NCBI RefSeq assembly: GCF_000299365.1
Contig: NC_018655.1
Location: forward strand, 1,290,001 to 1,322,000
From: Candidatus Nitrosopumilus koreensis AR1
GTDB taxonomy: Archaea; Thermoproteota; Nitrososphaeria; Nitrososphaerales; Nitrosopumilaceae
Length of the DNA: 32,000 bases
Direction of reading: 5' to 3'
Shown here: positions 18,181-26,393 of the stretch, in pieces
Layout: every line of letters starts with the position of its first letter
Position numbering within the stretch: the first letter of the stretch is position 1
Notes under the pieces: generated by a model
The model's input: only the letters and a program-made list of their open reading frames with translations
Told to the model about the DNA's origin: nothing
Database searches by the model: none
Made by a program: the position numbers and the translations under genes

Positions 18181-18936
18181 CTATATTCCAAGATATGAGT
18201 TTGAATTTTTTTCTAGCAGTATTGCAGTGTCGTCAAATGTTTTACCAAGAATTTTAGAGGCACAAAAAATCACACTAGGGATAAACCCAATTTGTCCAGA
18301 CTTCATTTCAAAACATCTAGAAAATCTAACAGGTCCATCAGTTTCTACAAGAATTTTAGATTCATCACTCTTTGACAACAAAGTTTGTTTGTCATTAGCA
18401 TAGATCATAACGGGTCCAAAGGATACAAAAAATCCCATATCCATGGCCCTTTGAAGTTGCTTTTTACTTCCATCAAACCAATGTAGTAAGGCATGTTTGG
18501 TATTATAGGAAGTCATAATTTGAAAAACATCATCTAGACTTTTTCGTGAATGAATAGATACTGGTTTGTGGAATTTTTCTGCAACAGATAAAAGAGTTTC
18601 AAAGACAAGAGTTTGTCTTTTAGAATCTTCATCGTTTTTAGTATAGGTAGGATCTAACCCTATTTCACCAATTCCAGAAAGAGTATCATGATTATTTTCT
18701 ATCATTGTAACTACTTTTTCCAAGTCATCATTTGCACATTCAGGATGAATTCCAATAAATGGCAACACAAGATTACTTTTTTTTGCTAGTTCCAAAGTTT
18801 GTATAGAGTTTTCTGCATCCATAGACACGCAACATGCTTTAATTTTCAAACATTCCATTTCTTTTAAAATGAAATCCATGTCAGAAGAATATTGAGGATC
18901 AGATAAATGAATATGAGAATCAAAATACCAAGTCAT
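18181..18936 (-). CDS. TatD family hydrolase
   Basis: YFDSHIHLSDPQY, IGEIGLD, PVSIHSRKS, ALLHWF, LVETDGPVRF. Confidence 0.88.
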   Translation of the reverse strand: MTWYFDSHIHLSDPQYSSDMDFILKEMECLKIKACCVSMDAENSIQTLELAKKSNLVLPFIGIHPECANDDLEKVVTMIENNHDTLSGIGEIGLDPTYTKNDEDSKRQTLVFETLLSVAEKFHKPVSIHSRKSLDDVFQIMTSYNTKHALLHWFDGSKKQLQRAMDMGFFVSFGPVMIYANDKQTLLSKSDESKILVETDGPVRFSRCFEMKSGQIGFIPSVIFCASKILGKTFDDTAILLEKNSNSYLGI

Positions 18937-19032
18937 TTCTTGATCAATTCTTAAAATAGTCTGTATAAATCGATTCCTTAGTGATATTTTTTAACTCATT
19001 ATCTTTTTTCGGAAAAAACTAAAACAAAATTT

Positions 19033-19254
19033 ATGAAATCTTCAGAATTAGGTCTATCGGCCATGTATAGAATTTTGAAAAAAGCTGGTGCGGAAAGAGT
19101 CAGCGATGAATCTGCAGATGAATTAAGAAGAGTAATAGAAGATGTGGCAAATGGTATTGCTAAAAGTGCAGTAGACATGGCTTCTCACGCAGGTAGAAAA
19201 ACTGTAAAAGGTGAAGACGTGAAATTAGCTTCAAAGCCATTTAACAAATTCTAA
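19033..19254 (+). CDS. archaeal histone
   Basis: MYRILKKAGAERVSDESADELRRVIEDVANGIAKSAVDMASHAGRKTVKGEDVKLA histone fold. Confidence 0.95.
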   Translation: MKSSELGLSAMYRILKKAGAERVSDESADELRRVIEDVANGIAKSAVDMASHAGRKTVKGEDVKLASKPFNKF

Positions 19255-19293
19255 TCTAAAGAGTTTAATTGTTCATTTTGTGTTTTTCAAAAC

Positions 19294-19365
19294 GGTACTC
19301 TGGCAGAACGGTTATGCGTGGGCCTGCAAAGCCTATACAAGGGGGTTCGACTCCCTCGGGTACCT
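19294..19365 (+). tRNA. tRNA-Cys (anticodon GCA)
   Basis: Cloverleaf folded by hand: acceptor GGTACTC/GGGTACC, anticodon arm TGGGC-CTGCAAA-GCCTA, T-arm GGGGG-TTCGACT-CCCTC; no encoded CCA. Confidence 0.9.
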
Positions 19366-19830
19366 TTATTCAACAATAACTTGTCCCTGCATCCATGGAT
19401 GTAAGGTACAAAAATAATCAAAAGTTCCTACATCATCAAAAGTAAGTGTATAGGCTTCAAAGGGATCCATATATCCACTATCAAAAAGATCTATGGGTGC
19501 ATCATAAAATCCAGATGTGACACTATGAAATGCAGAATCTTCATTTACCCATGTTACAGATTCACCTGCACTGATTGTAATGACAGATGGAATGTAGCAT
19601 CTATCTTCTGCCTCACAACCGGGACGAGAAACTTTTGTTGGCATTATAACATCACCTTTAATCTTAGATTCAGATTGAAAAATTTCTTTAACAGAATCTG
19701 ATGTTGATTCAGGAGCAGGTTGAGGTTCTGGCTCAGGTTGAGAGTCTACATCAAAATTTGAAAATGCAACAGCTAGAGCTATGATGATAACTATTCCAAT
19801 TATCCCATAGGCAGTTATTTTCTTTATCAA
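19366..19830 (-). CDS. cupredoxin-domain (plastocyanin-like) exported copper protein
   Basis: N-terminal hydrophobic segment; type-1 Cu ligands ...SAFHSV...FDYFCTLHPWMQGQVIV. Confidence 0.88.
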   Translation of the reverse strand: MIKKITAYGIIGIVIIIALAVAFSNFDVDSQPEPEPQPAPESTSDSVKEIFQSESKIKGDVIMPTKVSRPGCEAEDRCYIPSVITISAGESVTWVNEDSAFHSVTSGFYDAPIDLFDSGYMDPFEAYTLTFDDVGTFDYFCTLHPWMQGQVIVE

Positions 19831-19905
19831 ATCTTTTCACATCTAAAACAGAGTTATTACATAATTACCAAATTCTCTAAATATATAACATACTAGAAAA
19901 GTAAA

Positions 19906-21657
19906 TTGGCTCAAAATGGAAACGGGTTATTAGAATACATACCTGGCTCACACACACTACTAGTTCAAAAAAACTCTAGTCCACCTCTTGAAGGATTTGC
20001 AGAAAACGTTAGAGGCAGCATACATGAATATGCTGAGAATTCAAAAAGCGATGTTGAGAAAGGAAATAATTTTCTTCACTGGATATTAACACGAGTTTTT
20101 GAGGCTACAGAAGATGATGCTGCAGATGCAATCGTAGATGGAGCAAATGACTTGGGTATTGATGCATATCTTCCAGTAGATTTTTCAGATAACACAATTA
20201 GATTATTTCAATCAAAGTACGGAACATCTCATTCACTAGAGGCAATTGCAAAATTCAAAGAAGATACAAAAAGGTTACTTGCAAAAGATGTTACCAAAAT
20301 GAGACCAGAATTGGCACAGCTTGTAACAAAGATCAAGGAAAAAAATCTCAAAGTAAAATGCTGTTATGTTACAGATCAGGAAGTAGATTATCACGATGAA
20401 ATGGTAGAAGTAATTGATGAAAGAAAAATCATTCAAAAATTATGGGACAGGATAAAAAAGCCAGCAGCAGGTAAAAAATCATCAATACGACTAGAAAAAA
20501 TGCTCAGACATGAAAATACAATACTAGGTATTTTGAAACTACGTGAACTTACAGAATTTGTAAGTAAGAACAGAGATTATGTCTTTGAATCAAATATCAG
20601 ACAATGGATGCAGTTTAAGACTACAGTTAACAAAGGTCTACGAGAGACACTACAAAGTAATCCTAACAAATTCTTTTTCTACAATAACGGAATAACTATT
20701 GTAGTAAGTGATTTTTCAGAACTAGGTGAAAACATGATTGAGCTTCATGCACCACAAATAGTAAACGGTGCTCAAACATCAAATTCCATACTTGATCATT
20801 CAAAAAGAACAAAAAACATGGATGGCTCCATGACAGTAACAATAATCAAAGCAGATGATGAACAAGAACAAAACAACATCACAAAATATAGAAATTCACA
20901 AAATTCAGTGCGTGGAAAAGATTTAGTTTCTTTAATGGACTTTCACAAGTCAATCAAATCACAGTTAAAAAATTGTGGTTATTTTTATGAAATTCAAGCA
21001 GGTTCTTTTGATACAAAATCAAAATCCAAACAATGTGAATATTTGGGAGATTCTACATACAACAATTATCTTCCAGATAATCACAAAAAAGTTATTGTTG
21101 CAAAAGATGCAATTCAATCTTTAGTTGCAGGAATTGAACAGAGGCCAACAGAGGCATACAGCTCACCAGCTCAATTTCTCCCAAGAGGTAGCAAGTATGA
21201 TGACATCTTCAATGACAACCTAAAAGATGATTACAGAATTCTGTTGTACCCATATCTTGTTAAGGAATATGCAAAAAAGTCATTAAAATATGGAAAGAAG
21301 GGAGGTCACAAAACAAAAAGATACGCAACATTGTTCTTTGTTGCAGTGTACTTTAGAATACTACACAAGAAGATTTTGGAATCAAAGGGGGATTTTAAGG
21401 GAGACATTAGGAAAATAGAGCCTGTTTTTCGCAGCTTCAAACTTAATTCTAGAATTCTAAAGCTAGCAGACGTGATTGTAACAAAATTTCTTGAAGATAC
21501 AGTAGTCGATGATGAGATAGAGATGGCAAATACAAAGCACAATTTCTTTTCTCAGCATGTTTGGAATGAAACCATGCTTAGAGTGATTGATAAAAAAATT
21601 AGGCAAGAGGAAGATGAGATTTTGGCATTAAAGAAGCTAACAAACAGTTTGTTGTGA
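19906..21657 (+). CDS. AIPR (abortive phage infection protein) family, with Mrr-like nuclease-type N-terminal region
   Basis: NNFLHWILTRVF...LGIDAYLPVDFSDNTIRLFQSKYG; KFFFYNNGITIVVSDF...LHAPQIVNGAQTSNSI; VTIIKADDEQEQNNITKYRNSQNSV. Confidence 0.85.
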   Translation: MAQNGNGLLEYIPGSHTLLVQKNSSPPLEGFAENVRGSIHEYAENSKSDVEKGNNFLHWILTRVFEATEDDAADAIVDGANDLGIDAYLPVDFSDNTIRLFQSKYGTSHSLEAIAKFKEDTKRLLAKDVTKMRPELAQLVTKIKEKNLKVKCCYVTDQEVDYHDEMVEVIDERKIIQKLWDRIKKPAAGKKSSIRLEKMLRHENTILGILKLRELTEFVSKNRDYVFESNIRQWMQFKTTVNKGLRETLQSNPNKFFFYNNGITIVVSDFSELGENMIELHAPQIVNGAQTSNSILDHSKRTKNMDGSMTVTIIKADDEQEQNNITKYRNSQNSVRGKDLVSLMDFHKSIKSQLKNCGYFYEIQAGSFDTKSKSKQCEYLGDSTYNNYLPDNHKKVIVAKDAIQSLVAGIEQRPTEAYSSPAQFLPRGSKYDDIFNDNLKDDYRILLYPYLVKEYAKKSLKYGKKGGHKTKRYATLFFVAVYFRILHKKILESKGDFKGDIRKIEPVFRSFKLNSRILKLADVIVTKFLEDTVVDDEIEMANTKHNFFSQHVWNETMLRVIDKKIRQEEDEILALKKLTNSLL

Positions 21658-21660
21658 TTC

Positions 21661-21733
21661 TAAAAAGGTAGAGTCCAACCAAGTAAAAATCTTGCAGGAG
21701 GTTTACATTGGTCAGACTACTACCTGAATTTTA
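21661..21733 (+). other. long imperfect hairpin (inverted repeat) downstream of the AIPR gene
   Basis: AGGTAG-AGTC-CA-ACCAA-GTAAA / TTTAC-A-TTGGT-CA-GACT-A-CTACCT gives 20 Watson-Crick pairs with three small interruptions; 5 outer pairs (TAAAA/TTTTA) are possible across a 3-nt bulge. Confidence 0.65.
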
Positions 21734-21778
21734 TAAAAACAAGTGGTATTTAACATAATTTTTATCAAGTTTTCTAGA

Positions 21779-21982
21779 ATGTTTTTTATATCGATTAAAA
21801 AGAGCAGAAACACTTTGGTATTAAAAGAAAAATGTGCAATTTGTAGTGAAAAAATTAAGCTTCGTTTCAATCCGATGGAAGAATGGGGAATTGAAGGTTC
21901 AATCTGCGGAGATTGTTATTCAAAAAAAATTAACGAACACTATCCCGGTGATCATGTTAGAGTAAACAAGCACTTAGACTAG
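21779..21982 (+). CDS. small zinc-ribbon-like protein
   Basis: ATG at 21779 in frame with the tracked ORF: MFFISIKKSRNTLVLKEKCAICSEKIKLRFNPMEEWGIEGSICGDCY. Confidence 0.6.
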   Translation: MFFISIKKSRNTLVLKEKCAICSEKIKLRFNPMEEWGIEGSICGDCYSKKINEHYPGDHVRVNKHLD

Positions 21983-22563
21983 TTCTGATCTAATTTTGAA
22001 AATTCATTTGCATTAAAACAATTCCAAACTAGAGGATCAGTCTTTACATCTTTTTCTTCAAGAAATTTGATATCAGTGATTGTTTTTTTCCTTTTCAGCA
22101 AGTTTACTTGGAAACTAGAGAACTTTTTACAGTCACATTTGTTGTATAAACATACATCATCATCACCTTCGTCATGATCTGCTGCTTCATGACCACATTG
22201 ACACATTGCATCTTTTTTTACATCACTAAGGGATTTTTTAGCGTACGTACCCAATCGTAGATAAGCTTCTCCTCCATGTCCTTTCTTAAAGCGTTCATAA
22301 TTTTCTGATTTTTGTAAAATTTTAAAGAAAGACAAATTCGTGTCAGGTTTCTGTGAATCAGATCCCATAATGAACCAATATTTGTCGCCAACCTCTACAA
22401 ATCGGATTTTAATGGATGGATCTACCCAATAACGTATGGTATCATGCCACAAAGAAGCAGATTCTTTTCGATCAGAGACCAAAGGGACAACATTCATCCT
22501 AAGATCATAGTATCTGTAAGCAACACCAACAAAGTCATTAAACCAAGGTATTGAAGCAGACAT
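21979..22563 (-). CDS. hypothetical protein with Cys/His cluster (194 aa)
   Basis: MCQCGHEAADHDEGDDDVCLYNKCDCKKFSSF suggests a metal-binding insertion. Confidence 0.65.
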   Translation of the reverse strand: MSASIPWFNDFVGVAYRYYDLRMNVVPLVSDRKESASLWHDTIRYWVDPSIKIRFVEVGDKYWFIMGSDSQKPDTNLSFFKILQKSENYERFKKGHGGEAYLRLGTYAKKSLSDVKKDAMCQCGHEAADHDEGDDDVCLYNKCDCKKFSSFQVNLLKRKKTITDIKFLEEKDVKTDPLVWNCFNANEFSKLDQN

Positions 22564-22646
22564 TGTTGGCGAATCAGGCTAGAGATTATTTATCTGAACT
22601 GATTAATGGTAATACCCTTATATCTGAGTTTTAAAATAGAGTACGT

Positions 22647-22928
22647 ATGGTTTCCTATAGAACTAGTATGCAGATTGTTGCAGATTTGTTGACTGTTACT
22701 GAGCAGTCAGGACAAGAGGGCATCAAAACAACATCCCTTCTAACAAAGGCAAACTTATCACATTCTAGACTATCCAAATTCCTAGAAAATTTGACTGGCG
22801 CAGGCCTAATCAATAAAATAGAATTTGACGGAAAAAACACCTTTGTAATTACACCAAAAGGAAGACAATATTTGGAGTCTTATGCAAACTTTTCAAGTAT
22901 TGCAGAATCATTTGGTCTAGAACTCTAA
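22647..22928 (+). CDS. winged-helix transcriptional regulator (paralogue 2)
   Basis: YRTSMQIVADLLTVTEQ...LLTKANLSHSRLSKFLENLTGAGLI...ITPKGRQYLESY, clearly similar to 15411..15698. Confidence 0.8.
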   Translation: MVSYRTSMQIVADLLTVTEQSGQEGIKTTSLLTKANLSHSRLSKFLENLTGAGLINKIEFDGKNTFVITPKGRQYLESYANFSSIAESFGLEL

Positions 22929-22931
22929 AAT

Positions 22932-23144
22932 CTATTTTCTGGATCTTCGTCTAGCATTTGCCTTTTGTCGTTCTTTTTTCTCCTTGTAAGAACTGTAAAT
23001 GACGATAATGATTATTCCAGCAATGGAGCCGTAAAACAATGGAATGAAAGGTTGTTCACGAAGCTCACCTGTTGTTGGAGAGAAAAACGCAATTGGAATT
23101 CCAACTACCATAAAAATCAGAATTACAGTAAGATACTTGTCCAC
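22932..23144 (-). CDS. small membrane protein (70 aa)
   Basis: Two hydrophobic segments and a basic tail. Confidence 0.55.
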   Translation of the reverse strand: MDKYLTVILIFMVVGIPIAFFSPTTGELREQPFIPLFYGSIAGIIIIVIYSSYKEKKERQKANARRRSRK

Positions 23145-23205
23145 ATCCTACGTAATTTACAAAACCATATATCTTTTTGAGATCACCACAAAACTCAGAG
23201 AATAC

Positions 23206-23391
23206 ATGGCAAAAATGCTAGAATTAGGAGGATTGGTTTTGATAGCAATAATGTTTGCAAGTTTTGTAGGAGCTTTCCAACCTACAGTTGAACCTGGATT
23301 ATCACCATTATTCTGGGGATGTGCAGGAGCTGCCCTTACAATAATCATGTATAGAAAATTCAAAAGAAAACAAGAAGACAAAATTGAATGA
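23206..23391 (+). CDS. small membrane protein (61 aa)
   Basis: In-frame ATG at 23206: MAKMLELGGLVLIAIMFASFVGAFQPTVEPGLSPLFWGCAGAALTIIMYRKFKRKQEDKIE. Confidence 0.55.
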   Translation: MAKMLELGGLVLIAIMFASFVGAFQPTVEPGLSPLFWGCAGAALTIIMYRKFKRKQEDKIE

Positions 23392-23480
23392 AAAAAATTC
23401 AGTAATTATTAAGAATTGATCAATATTTGATTAACCGACAGATCTATAAAGGACAATTTCAGGAAAGTTATGAGGGGAAT

Positions 23481-23567
23481 ATGGCAGAGCAAACTAAACA
23501 ATGGTGGGAAGGTTTAGGTAAAGAACTAGAGATTGACATTGAAACCCTTGATGAATCAAATTCTTAA
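23481..23567 (+). CDS. candidate 28-aa microprotein
   Basis: MAEQTKQWWEGLGKELEIDIETLDESNS, preceded by SD-like GAGGGG. Confidence 0.45.
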   Translation: MAEQTKQWWEGLGKELEIDIETLDESNS

Positions 23568-23598
23568 TAATTTAGAAATATTTTTGAAAAAAATTACA

Positions 23599-23672
23599 AG
23601 CCTCGGACGGGATCTGAACCCGCGACCTAACGCTTACGAGGCGTTCGCTCTACCAGGCTGAGCTACCAAGGC
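23599..23672 (-). tRNA. tRNA-Thr (anticodon CGT)
   Basis: Reverse complement GCCTTGG..GCTC..GAGC..AACGC-CTCGTAA-GCGTT..GCGGG-TTCAGAT-CCCGT-CCGAGGC. Confidence 0.92.
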
Positions 23673-23725
23673 ACGTTTGGGTAAATCCATCAGAGTTAAT
23701 AAAAAGCCTTTCTGAGTTGGATTAA

Positions 23726-25024
23726 TTGAAAAAAACAATTTCTGGAATTCGAGGTATATTCGGAGGAGATCTCAATCTAAAAGATGTGTTAGAGTTTTGT
23801 AACAACTTTTCATCGTTAATCAAATCACAAAAATGTGTAATTGGAAAAGATACAAGACCATCAGGTTCCATGATAAAAGATACAGCTAGTGCAGCATTGA
23901 TGAAAAATGGAATAGATGTTTTTGATTTAGGAACTGTTCCAACACCAGTTGTTTTCAGAGAAGCAAGAAAATATGGTGCAGGAATAGTTGTATCATCATC
24001 TCACAATCCTATTGAATGGAATGGTATGAAATTCATCATTGAAGGACGAGGAATTAATGAAAAAGAACTTCCACAAATTATCCAAAAACAAGAAATCACA
24101 AAATCAAAAATTGGCACTGAGCAAGAAATTTCATCGCCATATATTGAAGATGCAGGAAAAATCATAGGAAATTTAGAAAATCAGCCCGAAATTGTAGTCG
24201 ATATTGGTGGAGGTGCAGCAAAAGGATTTGCACCTGAATTGTTAGAGTCTATCGGATGCAAGGTTCACAAAATAAATGAGAACCTAGAAGGATGTTCCAG
24301 AGGTCCTGATCCTACTGCAGATAACTTGTCTGATCTTGTTTTAGCATCAGCTAAAAAAGAAATTGGGTTTGCATTTGATCTAGATGGCGATCGCCTTGTT
24401 GTAGTTAGAAATGGAGTAAAGCAAACACCAGATGTAACGCTAGGATTAGGAGTTGCAAAGTCATTAGAACTAGGATACAAGAATTTTGTTCTAAGTATTG
24501 ATACAAGTGTTTCAGTTGAGAAATTTATCAAAGAAAACGGAGGAACTGTTCAAAGAACTAAAGTCGGAGAGGCAAATGTTATTGAACAAATGTTAGAAAG
24601 CAAAGCACAAGCTGGAGGAGAAGGAAGTAGCGGAGGTTTCATTTTACCTGAATTCAATTATTGCAGAGAAGGAATTCTTACCAGTGGTTTAATTTCATCT
24701 ATGTTAGGAACTGAAAAGTTCAATGAGATTTTGAATTTTATGGAAAGCTATTTCCAAATCAGAGATAAGACTGAGATCGATTCACAATTTCATGACAAAG
24801 TGATTGATAAAGTACATTCAACGTTTGCTAACGAATATTCAGAAGTTAATACGTTAGATGGAATAAAAGGAATCATTGATGAAGACAGTTGGGTGTTAAT
24901 TAGAAAATCAAACACTGAAGACATCATAAGAGTTTCAGCAGAATCAAATGATAAAGAAAAGTGTAAAAAAATTGTAAAAGACACGATAGAATTGGTGAAA
25001 CAAAGTTATGACAAAATTAGATGA
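23726..25024 (+). CDS. phosphoglucomutase/phosphomannomutase family (GlmM-like), TTG start
   Basis: TISGIRGIFGGDL, GTVPTPVVF, GIVVSSSHNPIEWNGMKFI, FAFDLDGDRLVVV, GGEGSSGGFI. Confidence 0.88.
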   Translation: MKKTISGIRGIFGGDLNLKDVLEFCNNFSSLIKSQKCVIGKDTRPSGSMIKDTASAALMKNGIDVFDLGTVPTPVVFREARKYGAGIVVSSSHNPIEWNGMKFIIEGRGINEKELPQIIQKQEITKSKIGTEQEISSPYIEDAGKIIGNLENQPEIVVDIGGGAAKGFAPELLESIGCKVHKINENLEGCSRGPDPTADNLSDLVLASAKKEIGFAFDLDGDRLVVVRNGVKQTPDVTLGLGVAKSLELGYKNFVLSIDTSVSVEKFIKENGGTVQRTKVGEANVIEQMLESKAQAGGEGSSGGFILPEFNYCREGILTSGLISSMLGTEKFNEILNFMESYFQIRDKTEIDSQFHDKVIDKVHSTFANEYSEVNTLDGIKGIIDEDSWVLIRKSNTEDIIRVSAESNDKEKCKKIVKDTIELVKQSYDKIR

Positions 25025-25958
25025 ATCATCTATAATCAAAGTTTTTCAAAGAAGACTAGGAAACAAGAATTTTGTTTCTGAAGACGTGGAGGTTTTTAGT
25101 TTTGGTAAAACCAAGATTATAGCAAAAACAGACACCTTGGTAGAAAGTACTGACATTCCACCTAAAATGAAATTAGAAGACGCTGCAAGAAAAAGCATAG
25201 TAGCATGTGTAAGTGACTTTGCAGCAAAAGGAATCAAACCACAATATGGTATAATTTCAGTCAATTTTCCTTCAAACATTTCACATACAAAAATTGAAGA
25301 TGCTGCTAAAGGATTTAGAAAGGCATGCAAAGAGTTTAAAATTTCCATTCTAGGTGGCGATACAAATGCAGGAAGAGAAATTGTGTTTAATGTATGCCTG
25401 TTTAGAATATCTAATGATATAGTGCTCAGAAGAGGTGCAAAGAACAAGGATCTCATTTTTGCAACAGGTCCATTTGGCTATACCGCAGCAGGATTGAGCA
25501 TACTATTACACAAAAAGAAGGGAAAAAGAGAATTTGTAAAAAAAGCTGTCAAGTCAGTGCTGCGTCCAAAGCCAAGAGTAGATTTTGGGGTGAGAAATAA
25601 AAAATATTTTTCATCGTCAATGGATTCAAGTGACGGTCTATCTACTACACTAAATGAAATGTCAAAACAATCAAAAAAGAGATTTGTCATTACAAATTCT
25701 CCACACAAAAAAGATTTGGAAGATTTTGCAAGATCACAAAAGTTGAATCAAGACAAACTAGTTTTCCACGGAGGAGAAGAATACGAGTTTTTGTTTACCA
25801 TTAATTCAAAATACAAAAAAACCATCCTAAAAAACGCAAAACTACTCAAGACACCAATTATTGAGATTGGTTATGTAACTACAGGCAAGGGAGTAGTCTT
25901 GCAAAGAAACAACAAAGAGATTCCTTTGAAAGATCACGGTTGGAAGCACTTTAGATAA
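25008..25958 (+). CDS. thiL: thiamine-monophosphate kinase (ThiL-like, AIR synthase superfamily)
   Basis: AKTDTLVESTDIPP...ACVSDFAAKGIKPQYGIISVNFP, ILGGDTNAGREIVF, SSMDSSDGLSTTLNEM, FHGGEEYEFLFT. Confidence 0.85.
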   Translation: MTKLDESSIIKVFQRRLGNKNFVSEDVEVFSFGKTKIIAKTDTLVESTDIPPKMKLEDAARKSIVACVSDFAAKGIKPQYGIISVNFPSNISHTKIEDAAKGFRKACKEFKISILGGDTNAGREIVFNVCLFRISNDIVLRRGAKNKDLIFATGPFGYTAAGLSILLHKKKGKREFVKKAVKSVLRPKPRVDFGVRNKKYFSSSMDSSDGLSTTLNEMSKQSKKRFVITNSPHKKDLEDFARSQKLNQDKLVFHGGEEYEFLFTINSKYKKTILKNAKLLKTPIIEIGYVTTGKGVVLQRNNKEIPLKDHGWKHFR

Positions 25959-26318
25959 TTATTCATCGTGAGATACATCTCTTTCAACATTATTTACAAT
26001 GCTAAAAACAGATTCAGCAGGCAAAGCTGCAACACACTCAGTCATCCACAAATCATCAAGGTACAACAATCGTTTTCTGTCATCTTCTGGTAAATCATCA
26101 GGGTTTGCTTCAGGATATAGTGTATGGATTTTGTATCCTTCATTTGCAATCTGTTGGCATTTTTTTTCCAAAGGAGACAAGATTACTTCGTTGATCGGAT
26201 TCATTGATTGTAGTGCCATAGAACCAAACAATGCAGCAGCTACTGCAATGCCAATTGCCAAAAACAGAATAGAGCCCATATGAAGACTGATTTTTTTCAG
26301 TATAAGAATAATAGTCAT
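25959..26318 (-). CDS. hypothetical protein with N-terminal hydrophobic segment
   Basis: 119-aa intact ORF; GSILFLAIGIAVAAALFGSMAL. Confidence 0.55.
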   Translation of the reverse strand: MTIILILKKISLHMGSILFLAIGIAVAAALFGSMALQSMNPINEVILSPLEKKCQQIANEGYKIHTLYPEANPDDLPEDDRKRLLYLDDLWMTECVAALPAESVFSIVNNVERDVSHDE

Positions 26319-26393
26319 TTTTGAGTCAAGGGACCAAATTAAAGCAAGATTGGAAAATCAATGTTTTTTAAACCCCTTTAGGTTTGGTAGTCA

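Noticed and set aside
19906-22563. Prophage or defence island around the AIPR gene
   Set aside because: No integrase, transposase, methylase, att-like repeats or phage structural genes seen; tRNA-Cys is nearby but no duplicated tRNA 3' end was found.
24265-25708. Minus-strand ORFs within the phosphomutase and ThiL genes
   Set aside because: Antisense shadows of well-supported enzymes.
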